A stretch of DNA of 18,497 bases from Ginkgo biloba. Taxonomy: Eukaryota; Plantae; Ginkgophyta. Location: positions 10,441,612 through 10,460,108 of the forward strand of contig JANKJI020000002.1 in the NCBI GenBank assembly GCA_024626585.2, in the 5' to 3' direction. This document shows positions 9,432-18,497 of this stretch, piece by piece. The translations under genes and the position numbers were made by a program. A model generated the notes under the pieces. It was not told the DNA's origin, made no database searches, and saw only the letters and a list, made by a program, of their open reading frames with translations. Positions within the stretch are counted from its first letter, which is position 1. Every line of letters starts with the position of its first letter.

Positions 9432-11402
9432 TGATGTAGGAGCACCAATCAAATTTACAGGGATTCAAGTGTGATAGCTAAATTTTGAGGAAGTGGCAAG
9501 CAAGTGTTAGGAAAATAGAATAAACCATTCAACAAATGACCTAAGTGGCTTGATATTGTTCGAAAAAATTGGAGAAATAATTTTGGAAAATGACCCATAG
9601 GGTTTGACAAATAAGCTAAGGCACAATGACAAACAAGTTTGTAGCTCAGTGAATGAGCTAAAGAGTGGGGAGAAGAAAATGGGTTGATGATGTAGTGGGG
9701 TGTTCACTAGATAGGAAAGAGGTGGTGACAAATGAACCAAAGGAATAGAATATGGTAAATGACCCATGAAGTAGAAGGGAATTCATTAAACTTGGGAGTG
9801 TAGTCAGCGAATGGTGTATGGGGAAGAAAAAAAGTAAAAAGGACCAATGATGTAATTGGACATTCGTCGTATGGGTAGAGGCATGCAGTGAATGATGTAA
9901 AGGAACTAAAAGTTGAGAGAAGTGAGAAGATGCAGTTGGACATTTGTCAAGCAGTGAACAAAGGTGGAGCGAATGGGCAAGGTTGTGAGGTAAGTGAAAA
10001 GTGGATGGTGAACAAGGAAGGATATTCATTAAAGGATGAATAGAGCTCAGAAAATAATCCAAAGAACCATAAGTGGAGGAAAAATATTGACAAACAAAGA
10101 GGTTCATTCATCAAGGGTGACGAGTGGCTCAATGAATGAGTGAATGAGAGTAGTGAACAAAGAGAAATTTTCATTGAACAATAAATAGAGGGTGGCAAAT
10201 GGGCCTAAGATCCAAAGGAGAGAGAAATAGCTAACAAATAGCTTAGGTTATTTATGAAATGAGTCAAGGGACTTAGGTAATGATGTGAAGGAGTTGAGTT
10301 CAATGATAAAAAATAATGGCAATCATAAATTAATGCTAGATATGGAGGATTTATGATAATTGATGACTTATGCGGGAGAAGTTAATCCAACTACAGATAG
10401 AAGTAAAGGCGCCGCGGGGGAAATGATGGCGAAGGAAATGAAGCCCACCAATTGACTTAAATGAAGGGATATTTTTGGCTCTTGAGGTAAAGGGGCACAT
10501 ATAGTCATAGTTGAGGAGGAAGGAAGGGGGAAGAAGAGAGTAGGTGAGATAGACATATATAAAGGAAGAGAAGGCACAATAGGTGCATGAGGCCAGAGGG
10601 AATGAGTAGGTCTAAGGAGGGATGCAAATGTTCATTGGAGGAATAACTAACCAAACGAAAGAGGGAGAAGGAGGAGAAGTAGGACAAAGAGGGCTATGGG
10701 GGAGGATGAGTTGTGCAACAGAGAGTGCATAGGAAGAAAGATGTCTTAGATGCACAATAGAGCATGTAGAGTAGAGTCAGGATTGAGGAAATTAGGGCCA
10801 TGTGGATGTATAAGAGAGCCATGAAGAATGTGGAAGAGGTAAGAGAGAAAATAGCAAGGAGGAAATGAATATGACAAAACTATTGATAAAGGCAGTTGGG
10901 AAGGAGGAACTGTGAGCAGTGGAGAAGAGAGGAAAGAGGTAGCGATAAAACTATCGATAGAGGAAGGTATAAAGTAGAGGAAGAGAAGAGAGATAGAAGA
11001 GCAAACTAATAGAACTATCAATAAAGGAAACTAGATAAAATAGAGAAGAAGGGTGGACTGTGTTTGGAGAATCCCTCCCAAAAGGAGGTCAGTGATTTTG
11101 TAAATGAACCCCTATGGGGATGTATGTAAATATGTGAGTAGGTTAGTGGCCCAAATATAATGTAAATAAAAGTTATTATGTAATGAAAGAAATTTGTTTA
11201 TGAATTCCTTCTAATGTGTATACTTGATATGCGGTGAGCAAGTGGCTTGCATGCTAATGAATTTATGTTTTCTATTATTATTTTAAATTATGTGTGAATT
11301 ATATGTTGTTGAAATGTGAACAAAAGGGTAAAATGGAATTGAACAAATATCCCTCCAGAGATCTTAGGTACAAGGGCGATATCTGGGAGGTTTCCTACAT
11401 CA
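9432..11402 (+). mobile_element. 5' LTR (1971 bp) of a CRM-clade Ty3/gypsy element
   Basis: Perfect 10-bp terminal inverted repeat TGATGTAGGA...TCCTACATCA (TGATG/CATCA termini are typical of CRM). It is followed after 3 nt by a PBS and is homologous to 17124-18398 and to 6750-8077 (minus strand). Confidence 0.92.
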
Positions 11403-11405
11403 TCT

Positions 11406-11416
11406 TGGTATTAGAG
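11406..11416 (+). promoter_or_regulatory. Primer-binding site complementary to initiator tRNA-Met
   Basis: TGGTATTAGAG, one C>T change from the consensus TGGTATCAGAG, 3 nt after the LTR end. Confidence 0.88.
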
Positions 11417-12075
11417 TAAATGAACTTGTGAGAAAGCAATGAGGAGATCATAGGTTACACATTGAAAAGCTAATACCATAGGAAGGCTCTAAGAATAGAT
11501 CCAAGTATTGTCTAAATTAGTGGTTGAGGGAGTGAAGTGCATAATAGAGAAGATTGTGGAAGTGGTATAGTAGTAAGATAAGTAAAGATGGTTATTAGAA
11601 GGGTCAAAGGAGGAATGAAGNNNNNNNNNNNNNNNNNNNNNNNNNNNNNNNNNNNNNNNNNNNNNNNNNNNNNNNNNNNNNNNNNNNNNNNNNNNNNNNN
11701 NNNNNNNNNNNNNNNNNNNNNNNNNNNNNNNNNNNNNNNNNNNNNNNNNNNNNNNNNNNNNNNNNNNNNNNNNNNNNNNNNNNNNNNNNNNNNNNNNNNN
11801 NNNNNNNNNNNNNNNNNNNNNNNNNNNNNNNNNNNNNNNNNNNNNNNNNNNNNNNNNNNNNNNNNNNNNNNNNNTGCTTAATATTCTATATTCATATCAG
11901 TGAAGGTTTCACTGATGAGACATACTATAATTTCCAATTGAGGAGATTTCCATCATCATCGATAGGGGTCTATTTGCTAAGATCCTATAAATAGGCTACG
12001 TCGACGTAAATTTTGTTAAGGGAAGATCACCTAACCGATAAACACTCAGGTAATTTCTAATTACCCCATGTAATT

Positions 12076-12086
12076 TGGTATTAGGC
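12076..12086 (+). promoter_or_regulatory. Second, degenerate tRNA-Met PBS-like site after a possible different LTR end (11875-12073)
   Basis: CCCCATGTAA-TT-TGGTATTAGGC, 168 nt upstream of the gag ATG at 12244. A TATA-like CCTATAAATAGG lies at 11984-11995. Confidence 0.5.
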
Positions 12087-12243
12087 ATTAGTTTGATGCA
12101 TTGATAGGCATGAAAAGTGTTCAATGATAACCCTACCCTACATTAGCTACTGTTAGAGCTAAGCAAAGACTTATGGGTGAAGAAGAGCATCACCATGTGT
12201 TGAAAAGTAATTGGAAAGTATCAACTAGTCATAAGAGCACAAA

Positions 12244-13260
12244 ATGATACCTAGAATGGACATAACTCTTATTAATATGATGGAGGCTTTGGTGAAGAAG
12301 GTTGATGACCTTGAAAATGAATTAAGAAGGCAAAGACGTACATAGAATGATGTTGAATCCAAACCTAAATGTGAAGGACCAAAACAAAGTAAACCAAATG
12401 AAATGAATATGATAATGAGATTATTGAAGAATAAATACGGTGGATAAAAGGTGGAAGTATCAAGATTCAATGGTAATTTGAATCCAAAATACCTATTGGA
12501 TTAGGTAAGATCCATGGAGAAGTATTTTGATTAGGAAAAAATAAATGACCCCAAGAGGGTGAAATTTGCATGTACCAAGTTGATGGGACATGCATCCTTA
12601 TGGTGGGAGAATCTACAAAAGGAGAGGATACATAAAGGTAAGGAAAAGGTTTAGACATGGAACAAGATGGTGACTAAACTCAAGGGGAAATTCTTACATG
12701 AGGAATACATACAAAGATTATTCAGAGAATTTTATAATTTGAGACAAAAGGATAAAAGTGTACAGGGGTACATTGATGAATTTTACAAGTTGTCCATCAG
12801 GAGTGAGTATGAAGAGAATGAAGAGTAGTTGACCACAAGGTATGTGAATGGGATTATTTGTTTTATTCAATATGAAATCGAAATGCACTGAATGAGGACC
12901 ATAGAAGAAGCATATCAATTGGACTTAAATGCAGACGAGAAATTGACCCAGAGTGTAAGGAAGAGGCCAGTCACTAAGGAAATTGGATCTTCAATGTAGA
13001 AGTGGAGAGGAAGCATGATAACATGGATCCGAGGGAGTAGGTCTAGAAGAAAAAGAACTACAAGTTTTAGGCATGAATTATTGTTGAGGCTAAGAGGAGA
13101 ATAAATTGTCTAAAGGACTAGAGGGCAAGGAGGATTTATACCGCAAAGAGGACAAGGATTTGGTGGAAATTTTAATGTGACAAGAAGATATGTAATGTGC
13201 TACAGGTGCAGAGTTAAAGGACATAGGGAATTTGAGTGTCCTATTATAAATGATGGCATA
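12244..13260 (+). pseudogene. gag: CRM-type gag with zinc knuckle
   Basis: Frame 1: KVEVSRFNGNLNPKYLLD*VRSMEKYFD..KRVKFACTKLMGHASLWWENLQKER..TWNKMVTKLKGKFL..FYNLRQKDKSVQGYIDEFYKL..RYVNG. CX2CX4HX4C knuckle CYRCRVKGHREFEC at 13198-13239. Multiple in-frame stops. Confidence 0.93.
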
Positions 13261-13411
13261 CCAAGGAGGGAGGAAGAGAGATCAAATTTGGTTAAGGGGA
13301 AAGACATATCTGAAATATCTATCATAAAAAAGGATGCATAGAGTTTTCTAGTACGCAGAATATTGTTGGCACTAAAAATGGCAAAAATGGGTGAGTGAAC
13401 CAAGGCGTGGT

Positions 13412-13612
13412 TGAAAATTTTCTAAGATAAATCAATAAACTAATTAAGGAGGGAAACAAAAGATCTTAGGAGTTCCACAAATGGATAGTGGAAGTCAATA
13501 AATAGACAATGGAGGACAACAAACATCCAACAAAGTTCAACAAATAACCATGGGAGTTCAATGAATGACCTATTAGAGTTGAGTGAATGGCCTAAGTGAA
13601 ATTTAGTGAACA
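13412..13612 (+). repeat. Degenerate 21-bp tandem repeat in the gag-protease spacer, in frame
   Basis: Clearest units at 13468-13572: AGGAGTTCCACAAATGGATAG / TGGAAGTCAATAAATAGACAA / TGGAGGACAACAAACATCCAA / CAAAGTTCAACAAATAACCAT / GGGAGTTCAATGAATGACCTA, translating as RSSTNG*, WKSINRQ, WRTTNIQ, QSSTNNH, GSSMNDL. Confidence 0.85.
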
Positions 13613-13638
13613 AGACAAAGGCAGAAGAGGATTTGGAA

Positions 13639-14010
13639 CAAATTAGGAATATTTTTAGGACAAAATAAAAAGCTAGAGGTAGATTGTATAAGGTCATCAT
13701 TGATAATGGAAACTGTGAGAACATGGTGGCCGAGGAGATGGTCCAAAAGCTAATTTTTCCTTGCCAAAAGCATGACTCACCATATAGGATTTATTGGTTC
13801 AATAAAGTGGGTAAGATCAGCATGAAGGAAATATTTTTGGTGATGATGTAGATTAGGAATTACCATGATTAGGTGTGGTGTGACATTGTACCCATAGAAA
13901 CATGTCACGCTCTATTGGGGCAATCATGGCAATTTTATGGGAAATCCATCCATGATGAAAGAAAGAACGCCTACACCATCATAAAGGAAATAAGAAGGTT
14001 TAATATCATA
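13639..14010 (+). pseudogene. CRM-type aspartic protease domain
   Basis: QIRNIFRTK..KVIIDNGNCENMVAEEMVQKL..HDSPYRIYW..VWCDIVPIETCHALLGQSWQF..HDERKNAYT. The catalytic Asp codon is at 13702, in the same frame as gag. Confidence 0.92.
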
Positions 14011-14145
14011 CTACTAAAGGAGGAAGAACCCTCAAAAGTGATTCTTTATACTATGCAGTTCATGAGGAATGTGCAGATCATAAGTGCATACTACACCTTA
14101 CTAGGCAAAAAGATGGATAAAGAACAACTAGGAAAACTGCCATAA

Positions 14146-15275
14146 GAGGTGAGAGGATTGTTGGAGGAATTCAAGGATATCACTCTAGATGAATTACAAG
14201 CTAGTTTTCCACTTGAAAGAGGCATCACCCATCATATAGACTTGATCCCAAGGTCTAGTTTTCCAAACCAAGTACCATGCTAATAAAATCCTCAAGAGAA
14301 CGAGGAGATAAATAGGTAGGTGCAATTGTTACTAAAGAAGGGGATGATTCAAGAGAGTTTGAGTATGTGTGCAACACTCACACTTTTGACATCAAAGAAG
14401 GATGTAATGTGATGCATGTGTGTGAATTCAAGATCCATAAATAATATAACTATAAAGTACATATTTTCAATGCCATAGATGGACGATATGATGGAATTCT
14501 TGGCAAACATTTCATTATTTTTGAAGGTGTACCTAAGGAGAAGTTATTATCAGATCAAAATTTGAGAGGTAGATGAGTGAAATATGGCATTCAAAATAAG
14601 AGACAACTTGTACGAGTGGAGAGTTGTTCCATTTGAGATGTTGAATGCACCTAACACACATGGATTTGATGAACATAGTCTTGAAATATCTCATAGGTAA
14701 ATGTGTTATTGTGTTCTTAGATGATATTTTGGTTTTTAGTAAATTGAGTGAGGAATAGGTGGATCACTTGAGATTGGTGTTTGATATACTCTAGAAGGAG
14801 TATTTGTATGTGAATTTGAAGAAAGAAAACTTCTTTCAAAGAATCTTTGGGGTACTTTGGGTTTGTAATTTTCCAAGAAGGATTGAGAATGGATCCGAAG
14901 AAGGTGAAGGAAATCTTGGAGTGGACAACACTGAGTAATGTCACTGAGGTGAGGAGTTTCTATGGATTGGACATATCTTATCGAATGTTCATAAGGAATT
15001 TTAGTATCATTGTAGCTTCTATGATATATTGCATCAAGGGGAAGGCCTTTGAGTGGACAAATGCAACACAATGCAACTTTGGGGTGTTAAAGAGGAAGGT
15101 GACGGAAGCCCCATTTTTAGCATTACCATAGTTTGGTAAGGTGTTTAAAGTTGAATGTGATGCTTCAGTCATTGGAATCAAAGTAGTGTTGATCAAGGAA
15201 GGCAAGATGGTAGCATTTTTTAGTGAAAAGTTGAATGATGCCAAAAATAGGTATTCAACATATGATCTGGAATTT
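14146..15275 (+). pseudogene. pol: Reverse transcriptase and RNase H of the CRM element
   Basis: LLEEFKDI..RGITHHIDLIP..KGMIQESLS..KKD..MCVNSRSINNITIKY..YYQIKI..LYEWRVVPFEMLNAPNT, a frameshift near 14658, then VIVFLDDILVFSK (FLDD 14714-14725)..MDPKKVKEILEW..EVRSFYGL..FKVECDASVIGIKVVLIKEGKMVAFFSEKLNDAKNRYSTYDLEF. Confidence 0.96.
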
Positions 15276-15507
15276 NNNNNNNNNNNNNNNNNNNNNNNNN
15301 NNNNNNNNNNNNNNNNNNNNNNNNNNNNNNNNNNNNNNNNNNNNNNNNNNNNNNNNNNNNNNNNNNNNNNNNNNNNNNNNNNNNNNNNNNNNNNNNNNNN
15401 NNNNNNNNNNNNNNNNNNNNNNNNNNNNNNNNNNNNNNNNNNNNNNNNNNNNNNNNNNNNNNNNNNNNNNNNNNNNNNNNNNNNNNNNNNNNNNNNNNNN
15501 NNNNNNN

Positions 15508-16983
15508 GATGAATAATGAGGTCATAGGGTTTAAATCCATTAAATATATATGTAGGGGATAAGGAATTTGGTTAAGTGATGGTGTATCTCAATAATCTGG
15601 TGGATACTAAGGGATAGCTCTATGTTGATTATTTCTTACAAGACAGATACTTGTTTAAAGGCAAGAAACTTTTCATATTGGATAGTTCCATGAGAGATAA
15701 CATCATTTGAAAATTGCATAATGGTGGATTGGGAGGCCACTTCAGCATAGACAAGATAGTGGTAATGGTTGAAGAGATATATTATTATCCAGGTTTGAGG
15801 AGGCAGGTGAGTAGATTCATGAATAAGTGGATTTTTTTAAAATGGCAAAAGGATAATCCCATAATGCCAGGTTGTACAAATTGTTATCCATTCCAAAAGG
15901 ACCATGGACAAAAATCACAATGGACTTCGTATTGGGACTTCCCTACACCCAAAAAATCAATGAATCAATGTTTGTTATGGTAGATAAATATTTAAAAATG
16001 GCACACTTCATCCAGTTCAAGAAGATGAATGGTGAAAGTAGGACATCAAATTTGTTCTTTTGAGAAGTTATCAGATTAGATGGGATGCGAAGAAGAATTA
16101 CCTCATTTTGGGATAAAAATTTATTAATCCATTTTTGGTGAATGTTGTGGAATAAATTGGACACTAAGTTGCAGTACAATAGTGCATATCACCTGCATAT
16201 CGATGGGCAAATAGAGGTGGTAAACAAGTATTTGGAAAACTTGCTGAGGAGCTTAGCTAGGAGAAAACCCAAGTAGTGGGATGTAGTATTAGAACATGAT
16301 GAATTCGCCTATAAAAACTTAGTGAATCAATCACACATATTAGTTTCATTTTAAGTAGTGCATGGGAGAGCACCAAAGACAATGGTGGATTTGGTGGAGT
16401 TTTCAATCAGTAAATGGATCAACAATGATGCTAAGGCATTAGCGGAGGATATAAAANNNNNNNNNNNNTGCATAATGAGGTGAGACAACAACTAGAAAAG
16501 AGAAGTAGTAAGTAGAAAGAGGCAATTGGTTAGTTGATAAGGCATCAAAAGTTTAAAGAAGGGGACATAGTCATGGTCTACCTAAGGAAGGATTGATTCC
16601 TAAAGGAGACATACAACAAACTAAAGTACAAAAATATCTAGCCTCGCCAGATCTTGAAAAAGATCAATGTGAATGCCTNNNNNNNNNNNNNNNNNNNNNN
16701 NGATATTTCACCTTTGTTTAATATTATAGACTTATGCAGGTACCATAAAAGAGATGAGGAAACCTGGGTGCAAATGGAAGATTGCCAGTAGCAAATTTCA
16801 ATGAAGAAAAGAGAGGAAACCATAGAGGTCATAGATAATAAGGAAGTTGAGATGCAAGGATAAAATTATTGTAGATACCTGGTGAGGTGGGAGGAATTAC
16901 TGCCTGAAGATGATACTTGGATCACTAAGGAGGGATTGTGAAGGTTGGGTGAGCAGAAATAACAATGCTTCGAGGAGAAATAT
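15508..16983 (+). pseudogene. Integrase with C-terminal chromodomain
   Basis: LHNGGLGGHFSIDK (HHCC zinc finger start), GPWTKITMDFVLGLP..FVMVDKYLKMAHFI..SAYHLHIDGQIEVVNKYLENLLRSL, FKEGDIVMVYLRKD..YNKLK..ILKKINVNA, then IEVIDNKEV..YCRYLVRWEELLPEDDTWITKEGL (about 16820-16940). Confidence 0.93.
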
Positions 16984-17123
16984 NNNNNNNNNNNNNNNNN
17001 NNNNNNNNNNNNNNNNNNNNNNNNNNNNNNNNNNNNNNNNNNNNNNNNNNNNNNNNNNNNNNNNNNNNNNNNNNNNNNNNNNNNNNNNNNNNNNNNNNNN
17101 NNNNNNNNNNNNNNNNNNNNNNN

Positions 17124-18398
17124 GAATATACTAGACTGTTCGATAAACAACCTAAACGACTCAATGTTTTTTAGCAAAACTAGAGATTTTATTTTGGCAA
17201 ATGACCCATGCGGTTCGACAAATGAGTTAAGGCATGGAGAAAAATAAGTTCATAGCTTAGCGAACAAGCTAAAGAGTGGGAAGAAGAAATATCCTGATGA
17301 TGTAGTGGGATAATCATTGAATAAGAAAGAGGTGGCGACAAATGGACCAAAGGATTGAAAGATGGAAGTAGAANNNNNNNNNNNNNNNNNNNNNNNNNNN
17401 NNNNNNNATGGTGTATGGGAAAAAAAAAAAGTAAAAAGGACCAATGATGTAGTTGGATGTTCTTTGAATGGGAAGAGGCATGCGATGAATGGTGTAAAGG
17501 AATGGAAAGCTTAAAGGAGTGAGCGGATGTCGTTAGATGTTCATCGAGCAAAGAACGAAGTGGAACAAACAAAGGTGGTCATTTGTTGAATGATGAACGA
17601 ATGTCAACAAATGGGTTGAGTAGTTGAGGGATTATGAAACAAAGAGCGATCGTAGTGAGGCATTCGTTGAAAAAGTGGCTTAAGGAATGGTGCACAAGAA
17701 AAGTAGGGGTCAACAATGCAAGATAGAATGACATGGAAAAATTAAAATTGAATGGGAGAATTCAATGAGGCAAGGACCAATCATGTTACTTGAGTTAATA
17801 TGCTTGTAAGCAGAGTAATGGTATCCATGAAGACTCCACTAACCAATTTGTAGGAGGAGCAATTTTTGGCACCTAGGAGAGAGAAGGGGAGGTAGGGAAG
17901 GAGGAACTAATGATGAGAAGGTTAGAAGCATGAAGCTAAAGGAGAATAATATGAACAAGAAAAGGAAAAGAGAACATAGATAAGGACAATCGACTGCAAG
18001 GAACAATAAGAGGGAGGTAGAGTTAAGGAGGAATAAAAGGACAAACTTTGGAAGCTTTGGATGAACATAAAAGTCTAGGAAGAAAAAAGGATAGGAAAAA
18101 GGTCAGGTTGGAGATGCGAAATTCAAGTGGCAGAAGGAGAAACTAGAAGATTTGGGTGTGTTCTTGAAGAAGAGAGTTAGCAATTAGTATGTGTTTTATA
18201 AATTTTCCCCAAAAGGGATACTGACAATCCCTATAATCATAATAATTCCCTTTGAGGATTTATGAATGTAAAAATCATTATCTTTTCTTTTTAAGGAATC
18301 AAATTTTACGTGTTCTCTTAGTGTTCCCTACTTTGTTGAATTATGAATTTCTCCCCTTGAGCAAGAAAGTAGAGGGTGACTAGGGTTGTGCCACATAA
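17124..18398 (+). mobile_element. CRM-family LTR in 3' position; start hidden in gap 16984-17123
   Basis: 17190-17570 aligns colinearly with 9580-9975. The terminus TTGTTGAATTATGAA..GTAGAGGGTGA..GGG..GCCACATAA (18398) aligns with TTGTTGAAATGTGAA..GTACAAGGGCGA..GGG..CCTACATCA (11402). Confidence 0.85.
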
Positions 18399-18497
18399 TC
18401 CCCCACCTTCTTCATTTGGGGATTAGTCCATTTGTAAATCCACCATCTATGTGTCCTTCTTCACATATAGGTGTCCTCATTTTCTACGTTTATCATA
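18399..18497 (-). pseudogene. Possible fragment of the gag C-terminus of another gypsy element, forming the insertion target
   Basis: The minus strand translates to YDKRRK*GHLYVKKDT*MVDLQMD*SPNEEGGG. This resembles CDxKWxxGHxC followed by an acidic stretch in chromoviral gags if both TAT codons derive from TGT. Only 33 codons are visible. Confidence 0.35.

Noticed and set aside
9507-11021. Minus-strand ORFs rich in S/L/F/P/H, with similar ones at 7116-7853 (+) and 17189-17572 (-)
   Set aside because: Compositional artefacts of the pyrimidine-rich LTR strand. Their peptide similarity only reflects LTR homology, and no domain is recognisable.
13412-13612. CRISPR-like interpretation of the spaced motif arrays
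   Set aside because: The repeats are only 9 bp with about 12-bp spacers, in a plant retrotransposon context with no cas genes.
18399-18413. Minus-strand GAAGAAGGTGGGGGA next to TTATGTGG, looking like a PPT plus LTR start
   Set aside because: The adjacent sequence aligns with the 3' end of the plus-strand LTR, and the purine run is better read as EEGGG codons of a gag-like flank.

Overview
AT-rich, gap-riddled eukaryotic DNA made almost entirely of old, nested transposon debris. The style suggests a large plant genome, possibly a gymnosperm (inference). There is no intact gene. From left to right: a decayed Tat/Ogre-type Ty3/gypsy RT-RNase H (about 60-1300); LTR-like remnants; a pseudogenised SUV3-type RNA helicase fragment with a 110-bp tandem duplication at its 5' end (4489-5280); a tandem array of non-autonomous Helitron-like units (about 6071-8778), with a reverse-oriented CRM-family LTR inserted in one terminal hairpin; and a CRM-clade chromovirus complex (LTR 9432-11402, PBS, a second PBS-like site, degenerate gag-PR-RT-RH-INT-chromodomain 12244-16983, and a related but non-sister LTR ending at 18398). 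The most unusual signal is a cryptic CpG-rich 9-mer (reconstructed ancestor CGRCGAACG). It is arrayed, often 20-22 bp apart, in all three CRM-family LTRs and is also written in-frame as a 21-bp/7-aa repeat in the gag-protease spacer. All translations and alignments were done by eye, and joins across N gaps may be assembly artefacts.
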